Below, piece by piece: positions 52,979-64,000 of a stretch of DNA of 64,000 bases. Origin of the DNA: Octopus sinensis (lineage: Eukaryota); contig NC_043001.1 of the NCBI RefSeq assembly GCF_006345805.1, positions 53,134,001 through 53,198,000 on the forward strand. The letters run 5' to 3'. The notes under the pieces were generated by a model that was not told where the DNA came from, did not search any database, and saw only the letters and a list, made by a program, of their open reading frames with translations. Positions within the stretch are counted from its first letter, which is position 1. Each line of letters begins with the position of its first letter. The position numbers and the translations under genes were made by a program.

Positions 52979-54659
52979 ATTTGAAATAATAATCCTACGT
53001 GATTTTGCCTCAGTTTAAATGATATCATTTGCAAAACAAACAGAATGTAAACTGAAGAAACTATTCACATTTTTACATTTCCGTATTTAATCTAAGCGGT
53101 AAAATCTGAATTAATTTTGCCAAAGTGAAGAGGCCATAATATGATCTTAATAAACATAGGCTAAAGTAAATAACTAAGAATCGGTAGAGGTTTAGTTAGG
53201 TAAGAAGAACTGATGATAATAAGAAGAGTATGCTACAATACTATATAGCTGTATGGAAAGTTAGACGATATATCATAATAGAAAAAATATTGGATGTTTC
53301 GTACCTACATAACACAATCATTAACTGATATATACAAATATCTGATGGCATTTCAATTAAAAAAATATGTACATATTTGCCATTATCAGTGACTAAATAG
53401 ACAACAAATATCTAAGAAAATGAATTAGAGATGTAAGAAATGAATCTCAGATAGTGAGAACAGAATATATTATATATGCAAAATTATTTCATTGATCTAT
53501 TTTCGGAGACTGTCACTGAATTCTGAAAAAATATAGATGAACAAAGTTCGATTAAATAATACATCTTTTCTGATGAAATACAGTTACTGTATGTGTTACT
53601 ATGGTTACGATATGTTGGATAGAATTTAAGAGGACTGTTAATGAATTACATATGAGAGGGGAATGATGCACTTTTTTCAGTTTTGTTAGACTTTCATCTG
53701 GCAGGGATGCACACAGATAAAAATAATGTTGTATCTGTAACATATAAAAATTAGATATTTGAAATTTTGAAGTTCTCCATATATTATAAATGTATCTTCA
53801 TTGTGTAAGTAATGCAGAAAAAGATATTATGTTATGCACACAAACGTTTTATAAAACTGATACATGCATACGCTTACAGTTTACTAGTTTATGTGTTTAC
53901 TAGAATATGCATATATATATATATATATATATGTGTGTGTATGTGTGTGTGTGTATGTGTGTGTGTGTATGTGTGTGTGTGTGTTTGCTAGGGCATATAT
54001 GTATGTGTGAGTGTGTGTGTACAATAGTATGTATGCGTTTGTATGACTATGTATAAACAATAATTTCAGATGTAAATATAGACATATCTGGAGGAATCGA
54101 TAATACTTCGTTAATTTTGCAGTAGAAAGCATAATATACAAAGAAAATATTCATAGTTCAATACGTTACGATGTTAAATTTTTGGCCCAAATATTATAAC
54201 TTATATGACTCGACTAAATATTTGTACACATATGAATATACAATTATAAAAATAACGTAGTAAATCACAACATGTGTGTTCTTGCGCCTAATCTATCACA
54301 CAGCAAAAAAGACGATTTGGCAGAATTATTAGATCGTTAAAATAATGCATTGTCGTACGTACTCCACTTTTTGCTTTTATATATTTACAATACCTAGGAA
54401 CTAAATTTGCATCCTTTAAACGTTCAGGAGTCGAGAGTATAACGAACATGTATTTACTGAATGGATTTCCTCTCCAGCTGGAATGTACATTGGACTAGCA
54501 AATTTCCTCATAAAGCGGTAAAAATAGTGACGAGGGAATTCAGAGAACATTATCTATATCTGTATCAATTAATGTAACAAACAAAAATATACACGCGCAC
54601 ATACTGTCATTCGCACAAACGTCAAGACATGAAATAATAATCAAACTGGAATGTATGCA

Positions 54660-54890
54660 TCACAATTTTTGACTGTCAAAAATTGTGAAGCATGACTGTC
54701 AATACTACTACATGAACCTGAAGATTGCAGAATTTAATGCATAAAAGTACTAGTTCAATCAGAATGAACATTTAACATTCTATTATTTTATTTTATTTTA
54801 TTATATTATATTATCTTATATTATATCATTATAAGATTGTAAAGAAAACGTGAAAATCAGACAATTCCTTTTATTAATATATTCTTCTAT
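54660..54890 (+). repeat. Second copy of the PLE 3' repeat found at 25150-25360, with a mutated hammerhead (54713-54757)
   Basis: Reverse-complement match; core reads CTGAAGA..tgcat-AAAA-gtac-TA-gttca (GAAA changed to AAAA). Confidence 0.85.
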
Positions 54891-55153
54891 ACACAATCAC
54901 ACACACCGGTATATATATATATATATATATATTTGTTATTATATATATTATATATATATATTTTATTTTATTAAAAAAAAATATATATATATATAGAGAG
55001 AGAGAGAGATAGGTAAATGGAAAGAGAGATAGATCGATAAATGGATAGATAGATAGATATATAGATGTAATTTGTTATACATATGCAGGCACATACACAT
55101 GATACACGAGAGACAAAGAATGTCAAACATTAATTCCTACTCCTTTATTTCAC

Positions 55154-57120
55154 ATGTTACATACGATATCACATGCATTCTCTGGTAGATTAACACCAGA
55201 ACTTAAGGACCTAAAACAACAGAAAGGGACACAAATCATTAGAACATTTCAAACTGCTTGGTACAGCAAGAAAGAGTGGTTGTTCGGCTGTACTACAACA
55301 AAAGGGCTCTGTTGTTTGGCATGTCTGCTATTTTCCGTATCTAGTGAAAGTGTGGTAGATAAAAGGATATTGTGATTTAAATAATTTGCGCTATGCTTTA
55401 AGTAAACCAAACGATCAGCAGCACATTTTGAAAGTCAAATATCATTGAACATATTTGGATCTATACGAATCGACTTGCTCTTAGATTAAAAGCAGTCTGT
55501 CAGCATTGAATTTCACAATACAAAGGATAAAGAGAATAGTGATATATTTTTTTTTTTAATGATTTGTTCTACTTGTTTCTTGATTAAACAGGAACTTGAT
55601 TTACGCGGAGATAATGAACAGAGATCATCATTAAATCACAGTAATTATGATGAGTTACTGAACTATACTGCACACTTTGATGACAAATTGGCACATTTAC
55701 AGAATTCATGATTTATTTCTGGCCTTTCTAATAAGATACAATATGACTTGATAGAAACGGTTGGCACGATCGTAGAAAATAATATTAAAGAAGTGGCACA
55801 AGTCTCGTACATTACCATAGAATTGGATGAAACGACAGATATTTCATGTCCAGCTCGGTGTTCTACAGTATTGACGTACGTGTTGGACTCTGATATCAAA
55901 GAAGTCTGTATATCATTTGACATTCTTAAGGACAGAACTGTTGGAGGTGTAACAAATTGCATATTTAATATTTTGGATAAATACGACTGTTGTGAAAAAC
56001 CTGTAGCACAAACGTACCATGGGCAATAGTGATGGCATCCAATTTAAATGGCATCTAAGTTAAAGTAAGAGAAAAGGCACCAGCAGCTTTATTTACTCGC
56101 TGCTATGCTCATAAGTTAAATCTTGCTCTAGCTCAATCAGCAAACTTCATACCAGAGTGTACAAGCTTTTTCAAGAACAGTGAAACACTTGCTTCATTTT
56201 TTCATCACTCTACAAATCGAAAGCAACCTCTTGATGAGATAGTAAGATAAAGCATTCCAAAAGCAGCAGCATCGAGATGAAGTTCGAATTTAAAACTAAT
56301 CCGGATTATTTTACAATAACATGGTGTCATTTGCAAACTTTTCAACAGTATGAACAATAATTGTATGTTGTGGGATTCAGATACTTTAGTGAGAAGCACT
56401 GGCTTTTATGAGTAGCTAACAAAAGATTCGACAGACTTTTTCTGGTGGTTTGTAATGAAAATTTCATTAATACTGACAGTCTTTTTAATGTCCTACAAAC
56501 CAAAATGAAAGACATTTCACACAGCATTGAGAGGATTAATAGAACAATAAATTTAATTGAGAATTTAGACAAATGTTTCGGGGATTTGTATGTGAAGTTC
56601 GAAGAATGTTGAAAAGAAAATAACTAAATCAAACTCTGATAGAAACGGTTCAGTTAAAGAAGTAAGAAGAAGAATATTTAGCGTAATTTTGGATGACATA
56701 CTGAAAAAACACCGAAGCGGGATTTGCTGATTTCAAAAACTTAAACTTCATTTCATTAGTTCATGAAAACAAATGTCAAGACCTTGCTTGCAAAGTTGAT
56801 AAGTATGTATTTAAACGTTTACAAAAGATCTATGGAAACGTTTTCGACATGATACGACTGACAGCGGATTTAGCTGGAATTTACAATGCACAAATGTTTC
56901 GAAATAAATCCGTTAAAAGTTTGCTTGATTTTATATATTGAAAATAAACTGACCCAAACGTTGCCTGAAACTGTGAAGTTGTTGCAGTTAATCTTGACAG
57001 TTCCTGCTACAACAACTGTTTCTCTGGAAAGGTCGTTTTCTACTTAAAAAAGAATTAAGAACTACACTAGGAACAGAATAACAATCAAAGTCTTTCGTTA
57101 CTTGCTTAATGGCATTACTA
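55154..57120 (+). mobile_element. Decayed hAT transposase (ZMYM1/THAP12-like, DUF4371 type)
   Basis: RTFQTAWYSKKEWLFGC..LCCLACLLF; KQELDLRG; IELDETTDIS; QTY.G; ALFTRCYAHKLNL (CxxH); SR.SS; C-terminal LPETVKLLQLILTVPATT.SLERSFS dimerisation motif. Many stops; TIRs not identified. Confidence 0.85.
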
Positions 57121-58011
57121 CAGATTTCTGATCCCTCAGAATTTTGGATGATCATAACTTTCAGAAAATGGATATTTTTAATGCAATTTTGTACGAATAT
57201 GTGTTATATTATGTAGATTCCACAATATATAAAATATTTGGGTGAAATTGTTTTAGGAGGGGGTGTGATGTGGAATTACAGAAACGCACCGGCGTCCACA
57301 TCCGCTCGCCTTAACTTCCATTCATCTTAACTTTCTCAAAAATAACCCTCAATTGTTTTCCGCCGAAATTCCTATATCCTCGTAACCTACATTTATTAAA
57401 TGCATATAGTATATAGAATATATATGTGAGTGTGTTTGTTTACGTATTTATATATGGTTATTACATATATATAGTATATAGTATTTAATATGTTACTAAG
57501 AATGAAATATTTCTATAAGTTTGTGGTTGAGTATCTGCGGCTACTGAATGTTATATTTCCTCTGTGTTATTATCATGCTGAGAGAATTTGTTTATGAATG
57601 AGAGATTGTATGTGTGGGAGTGGGAGTATGAATTAGTAATGTGTAGAAGTATACGGCTACATTATAAATTTATCTTTGTCTATATGTTTATTTGTATGTA
57701 TAGATATATATATATGTGTGTGGGAGTTTATGTATGTATTTAGATATGTTTATATACATACATGGATATTTGTGCATGAGCAAGTGTGTATATATATTTT
57801 TTATTTTGTTTTTTTTTGTTTTTTGAAATTAGCTATTTCATCTTTAAATATGAGAATTTAAATACTAGGTTTCATTATATACAATCGTTTATAGAGGTTA
57901 TTATAGTTCTTGATTATTATATATATTTTCATTGATAATTTTATATTTTATATATATTCGTCATTTCAAATTTATATCTTAAAAATATTGATTATATTTT
58001 AGGTCTTGAAA

Positions 58012-58059
58012 ACCAGCTGATGAATGTCCATTGAAGTGACAAGAAACGATCGTAGTGGA
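58012..58059 (+). ncRNA. Partly degenerate hammerhead motif
   Basis: accag-CTGATGA-a tgtc..gaca a-GAAA-cgatcg-TA-gtgga; mismatches at the inner pairs of stems I and II. Confidence 0.55.
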
Positions 58060-58261
58060 TATCTTAATTAATCTTAATTATATTTAATTTATATAAATTT
58101 TTTTATGTATTGAATTAAGTCTTTCTTTGTTTGATTTGCATAATAGTGGTTTTGTCTCTAATTAATATTATATTATATTTTACTATAAAATTGGATTCAA
58201 TCATAAATCTGATTTTTCCCTGTAAATTTGGATTTATTCCCTAATATTTATTATTATATAT

Positions 58262-58487
<226 letters not shown>

Positions 58488-59664
58488 CGCAAGAGATCTA
58501 TGCCATGGGAATTATATTTGTGCAATTTACCACTTTCTAATTGTTCCAATCATGTAAACTTTAAAAGAAAATATGCCAGCATTTACATTGGAGTCAGTAT
58601 ATCAGTATCATTTGATTTGCTATTTACCTTTAAGCTTTCGTTAGAGGGGTTCGTATCGCTTTTCATAAGTCGAACATTTGAAGAATACAGATAAAATGCA
58701 TGTAAAAATTTATAGATTTCCGAAGAAACGTCATGCTCACCTAAAGGTGTAAACGATCAATATACGATCTATTTCCATCTAGTTGTTGAGACCAGATCTT
58801 TCATCAAATGCGTGTTAAGTGGAATGCGTTACGTATTCACATTCAATAATGGGTGATAAACATTTCCAATATGTAGAACAATGCTACGCTTCAAGGCAAG
58901 CTACTGATTCAAATGTTCTACAAACATTAAACTAGTATGGAAGCGTAAAGTAGGAAAGAATATGTTATTTTAACGCAGATGGCAATATTGAATGTATGGA
59001 AGACGTATAGGTTATCTCAGCATACTTATCAAAATTGATATACATATGCCTACACATGTGCACATTAATTTTATAAGACAACTGTCAATCCATTTAAAGC
59101 GATACGTTCGTAACTATTCAACAACTGAATACACGATCATTTACTTTGTATTTAAAATCCAATTTCGCCAGAGTTATCCGTTCCTTTCTGCTTTTTTCTT
59201 TTTTAGTTTTCTGTTTCAAGTTCACGAGGCCAAGTAAGGTTAAATGTATTCTGAAGATCTGTTCTTCAGTATATAAAATAAGAATTTTTCCCACTTCCAA
59301 AATGTCAAATGCAATATAAACATAAATGAAAGTGTCGTAAAAAATACATTACTACCATCACTCTCTAGTGAATATTCAATGACTCCTGAGGAGTGAGATC
59401 TACTAGATAATACTTTCATACGTCACTCATCCAATATATTTCTTCCACACCAAATACTGAAAAGTGTTTGAAGGAAAACTTCGTTGCATGTTGATTTTTC
59501 TATTGTCTATACCTGACATTCATTTATTGCAAGGTAAGTTTTCTGTAAGCAAGTACATTTCAATGTATTCCTATTTTATTCTTTCCAACACATTCAATGG
59601 AGTTTAATGTGTTCCACGATTAAATAACGTCCCATTTCCGAGTGACTAATATGGGATTTAGTTT

Positions 59665-59830
59665 AAGGTGTTGAGCTGGCAGTATCGTTAACACGTGGGG
59701 AAAATGCTTAGCGGCATTTCGTCCGTCCTTAGGTCTGATAAGGTCGATTTTGCCTTTCATCAGGTTTAATGGACTTACACTCGCCTCAAAAATGTGCTGA
59801 CGTTGTGCCAAAATTTGAAGCCATTAGGGT
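59665..59830 (+). mobile_element. tRNA-type SINE
   Basis: gagctggcagtatcgttaacacg..gaaaatgcttagcggcatttcgtc..aggtcgattttgcctttcatc; A-box-like TGGCAGTATCG, B-box deleted. Confidence 0.6.
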
Positions 59831-60069
59831 CATGTGTATATAGGTGTCTTGTGAGTGGCTAAAATACGCAAAAGTTGCAATTTGTAAAAGCTATCAACTT
59901 ATATTCATTGATTTATTACAAACAGGATTTTCATTTCTATAATTAGCATAGAAAACTAAATCGGTATCACCAAAGTTGAAAGCCACTGGTACAGAATTTT
60001 AAAATTATGAAATATGTGATAGCAACCCAAAAGTTCCTAAAATATAAAAATATGAATGGAACAAGAGTT

Positions 60070-60109
<40 letters not shown>

Positions 60110-60771
60110 TTTGCGTTGTTATTACTATTCATATGCATGTTATAAATTGAAAATAATAGGGATTAGCTATATTTTCTCTAGCACATACATCACCATCTCA
60201 GGGACATAGATCAACAGAGAATTCACTAATTTTCTGGAATTCACTTTGGAAATTTATATTGCGTCTGCTCAGATATTGCTGAGAACGTTCCCTTATGAAC
60301 CGTTGGGAAATGTATAAATTTATATCAGTAATAAAATGAAACGCCTAAATCAATTTCTTTGATAAGAGCAAATAAAGTATAAAATACAAAATTTCAAGCA
60401 AAAAAGTATGTCAGCTTCAAAATTAGATATACGACAGCATCGATTGAAACATTTAGCACTGCAAATAGAACTACATACATACATAGAAACATAGATACAA
60501 TGATGCATATATAAATATTAGGAAATCAATATCAAAACTCCTCAGAAAGATATACACGTGTGAAAAATGATTGTTGTATTAAAATATATGAATAAATAAA
60601 TATAAATATATATATAACTCCATATGTAAATATGTAGAAGTATAAATATATAATGTATCTGACAGTTTAAAAGTTTTGAATTAATTATTTAAAGCATCTT
60701 ACGATCATTTCGCAGAAGAGTTGTCTCTATAATGAAATCATATATTGATAAGATTCTCATAGTAAAGTATA

Positions 60772-61715
60772 TGATTGATTGATTGATTGATTCTAGTTTC
60801 AGCTCACGAGCTGTGGCCATGTTGGGGCACCGCCATTTGGTGTTGCTACATGGTTTTACTTCACGAATGCTTTTTAGCAATTGCCATTTGGTGCATGAGA
60901 GAGTTCGATGCAGCTGCCCTCATCTGCACCTCCTGCCGTGAAGTTGGTTCATCTGGGATACCTGACAAGAAGAGATCCAGTTTCATTTTAAAGACATCTG
61001 CATCCACCCCATGCAGGTCTCTTAGGTTCTTCGGGGGGATATTGAAGAGCTGTGGGCCTCGGAAGCCCAGGCTATCACAGTATCTTGTCCTACATCTTGA
61101 TGGCAAATCTGGAGTCCTAGACACCACGCAGTGGCGCCCAGTTCTGGCATTTGTGTAACTCTCGATGCCAAAGTTTGGGACAAGTTCTTCCAGGATCTTC
61201 CAGATGTATATTATGGCATATCTTTCTCGCCTACGCTCCAAGGAATAGAGTTTTAATCTCTTGAGTCTTTCCCAGTAGCTTATATTCTGCACAGAGGCTA
61301 TCTTCTTCGTGTAGCTACGTTGGATCGCCTCAAGTTCTGTGATCAACTTGACACTGGATGGTGACCATAGCTGAGAGCAATAGTCAAAGTGGCTTAGGAC
61401 AAGTGTCCACCAGAGGATCATCATGGTTTCTTGTTTTCTTGTTCTAAAGGTTCTGAGAATCCATCCGGCCAGTCGTCTACATTTCATTGCCAATTTAGCA
61501 ACATGTACACGAAAGGTTGCGTCATCACTCATGTAAATACCCAGGTCACGCACTGATTGTGCCTCTAGGATTGCAATTCCGCCGGGTCCAGTGTATTCAT
61601 TGGGTATTGCATTTAGTTTTGCATGCTGATAGTATAAAGCTTGAAACTTTCCAGCATTGAACTGCATGCTATTCTTTTCAGCCCACTTGTATATTTTGTC
61701 CAGCTCACATTGCAG
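60772..61715 (-). mobile_element. 5'-truncated non-LTR retrotransposon (CR1/L2-group-like) with (ATCA)n tail
   Basis: ORF LQCELDKIYKWA..MQFNAGKF..RDLGIYMS..HV..ILRTF..LVLSHFDYCSQLWSP..LEAIQR..YWERLKRLKLYSLERRRERY; short 3' UTR, then tandem ATCA repeats at 60772-60792. Confidence 0.9.
60861..61715 (-). pseudogene. C-terminal RT/thumb region of LINE ORF2, uninterrupted but truncated
   Basis: ORF track 60861-61721 (286 aa); the catalytic YADD lies upstream of the truncation point and is absent. Confidence 0.85.
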
Positions 61716-61727
61716 GCTCACATTTAC

Positions 61728-61794
61728 ATATATGAACTATATATGGAATACAAGATAATAGATATATGAACTATATTTGGAATACAAGATAATA
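61728..61794. repeat. 34-bp tandem duplication
   Basis: atatatgaactatat(a/t)tggaatacaagataata twice, right beside the LINE 5' truncation point. Confidence 0.9.
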
Positions 61795-62046
61795 TAACGG
61801 ATTTTGCATATGAATATTAATGGATTATTAAAGAAGTATGACCAAGAAAGTATATATGGATTTAAAGACAATCATCAAAAGCAATAATTTTTAATTTTTA
61901 ATTTATCTTTCAAACAAACACCTTTTTATAGTTTTACTTGAAATTTAAAAAACAACTACCATTCGATATGTTATACAGAATTCAAATTTTATATCTCTGA
62001 AGAGCAGAAGCGTGGTCTATAAATGCTTATCAATTAGAAGTGCTGA

Positions 62047-62099
<53 letters not shown>

Positions 62100-62277
62100 G
62101 ATCTAGCTTTAAGTTTAAAGTTTAAAATTCCTTTTAACTGGTTTTCATCAATAAGACAAGTCATGTTTTTTGCTTTATATTAATATTGTTACATTTTATT
62201 GAATTATTTACTGTTAATATGAATATATTTATATATTTATTCTTTTATTGTAATATCTAAATTTATTTATATTATTT

Positions 62278-62381
62278 GTTTACCTGAAGTGTGGCTAAAT
62301 ATTTAAAACTTAAATTGATATTAAATTCTAATTTTAATATTATTGATTTATATGTTTAGTCATGAAACGCGCGTAGTTAAT
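62278..62381 (+). ncRNA. Hammerhead motif with one core substitution
   Basis: gtttac-CTGAAGT-gtggctaaatat..atgtttagtcat-GAAA-cgcgcg-TA-gttaat. 12-bp stem II and palindromic stem III; the last core A is T. Confidence 0.65.
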
Positions 62382-62529
62382 TTAATGTTTGATTGTTATA
62401 AGTTTTTACAATAATAATTATAAGATATTTGATTAATTTCTAACTGGTTATTATAGATAATATCCTTTCACTATTGATAGAATAAGTAATAGCTGCTCAT
62501 CTTAAAATTGTATATATATATATATATAT

Positions 62530-62588
<59 letters not shown>

Positions 62589-62671
62589 CATATATAATAT
62601 TGTGAATTTTGATTTAGTTGTGCTAAGTTGAAATTTATTTCCCTGTTAGCTTGGAACTATTACATTCCCTA

Positions 62672-62708
<37 letters not shown>

Positions 62709-62970
62709 AATAATGAGGGAGATAAATTAATGTTAATTTTAATATCAATTTAAAACCAGTAGTATATCATACAAAAAATCTGAGAAATCAGAGAAAATTC
62801 TAATATATGTGTATATTGGCAGGGCAAGACTGCTAGGTAGTCGGCCGTATGCTAGAAATAAATCATCAACGATCAAACTACAAAGAAAGTTCTCTAGAGG
62901 AAAAATTCAGCGAACACCAGAACCAAATTTGGCGGGCAGGACAGATGAAAATTTATATAAAAAACAATTA

Positions 62971-63047
62971 ATTGCATACCTCCTTTTCGGCCTTTAACAA
63001 AAGAATTACTTACATAATTCAAATGTCCGTGACCTCATCAGTACAAT
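62971..63047 (-). ncRNA. Type I hammerhead (unit 1; stem III mutated)
   Basis: attgta-CTGATGA-ggtc..ggcc-GAAA-aggagg-TA-tgcaat. Confidence 0.7.
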
Positions 63048-63518
63048 CGTTCAGTGTAAATGCCATCTGAAAAATTAACCCCAGCTTTCTGTGCCAAGAC
63101 AGACACGTGCTTAGTTTTACCGATTACGTTAGGGATAAAATTTCAAATGTCTTAGTTCCGGCGTGCTAAAGAATTCCTGAAGCGAAGAACTGTAGTAAAT
63201 AATTCACTGCGGTTTAGTGTTTGCTACTAGAGAACGTATTTATTTCAATATTTAGATAATGAGGGAGATAAATTAATATTAATTTTAATATCAAATTAAA
63301 AACAGTAGTCTAGCATACAAAAAATCTGAGAAATCAGAGAAAATTCTAATATATGTGTATATTGGCAGGGCAAGACTGCTAGGTAGTCGGCCTTATGCTA
63401 GAAATAGATCATCAACGATCAAACTACAAAGAAAGTTCTCTAGAGACAAAATTCAGCGAACACCAGAACCAAATTTGGCGGACAGGACAGATGAAAATTT
63501 ATATAAAAAACAGAATTA

Positions 63519-63595
63519 ATTGCATACCTCGGTTTCGGCCTTTAACAAAAGAATTAGTTAAATAATTCAAATATCCGTGGCCTCATCAGTACAAT
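63519..63595 (-). ncRNA. Type I hammerhead (unit 2; intact)
   Basis: attgta-CTGATGA-ggcc..gaatta tttaac taattc..ggcc-GAAA-ccgagg-TA-tgcaat. 6-bp stem I, 4-bp GC stem II, GUA triplet. Confidence 0.87.
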
Positions 63596-63743
63596 CGTTC
63601 AGTGTAAATGCAATCCGAAAACTAACCCCAGGTTTCTGTGCCAAGACAGACACGTGCTTAGTTTTACCGATTACATTAGGGATAAAATTTCAAACGTCTT
63701 AGTTCTAGCATACGGCCGACTACCTAGCAGTCTTGCCCTGCCA

Positions 63744-63811
<68 letters not shown>

Positions 63812-64000
63812 TTAAATAGACGTACAAATATTTCTACTGTTTCGAATACTAAACGTTGCAATTGCAACCCTACTATTATATTGCTCCAGCTTCTTCAGGG
63901 TCTTCACTTTAATATACTTTGATTTAATTCTTTAAAGTCTTTCGCTTATGTACTCTATGTTGTATGATGTGGAGTTGTTCGTTAATTCAGTCAAACGCAA

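Larger units (their letters stand above)
62710..63750 (-). mobile_element. Tandem 546-bp hammerhead-bearing units with an inverted end segment, between two (TA)n tracts
   Basis: ataatgagggagataaatt recurs at 62710 and 63256. 63703-63750 is the reverse complement of about 62810-62857. One hammerhead per unit. Confidence 0.88.

Noticed and set aside
53560-53710. Hammerhead-like fragments (CTGATGA-aatacag/ctgtat on +; CAGATGA..CTGAAA on -)
   Set aside because: Each lacks half of the core or the stem I pairing; too degenerate to call.

Overview
AT-rich animal genomic DNA, most likely intergenic or intronic. I can support no host protein-coding gene, rRNA, tRNA or CRISPR array. The SINE/LINE tails and dense (TA)n/(CA)n/(GATA)n microsatellites resemble octopus (cephalopod) repeats as I recall them; this is an inference, not a search result. 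The window is a mosaic of transposon remains. DNA transposons: two young mariner copies with full TIRs, TA TSDs and the same frameshift pattern, an older mariner, a decayed piggyBac with TTAA ends, a decayed hAT and several MITE-like elements. Retroelements: a solo LTR with ATAT TSD, a 5'-truncated CR1/L2-group LINE, several tRNA-type SINEs and at least two Penelope-like (PLE) lineages, one Neptune-like and one Naiad-like. There is also an approximately 10.6-kb rearranged tandem duplication or duplicated haplotype. The most notable signal is absent from the ORF track: about 14 type I hammerhead ribozyme motifs, read by eye. Several sit in 481-bp or 546-bp tandem units, or in a 185-bp foldback, that carry an inverted end segment and abut (TA)n tracts, which fits PLE pseudo-LTRs or retrozymes able to release circular RNAs. 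All alignments and folds were done by eye, so boundaries of decayed elements are approximate.
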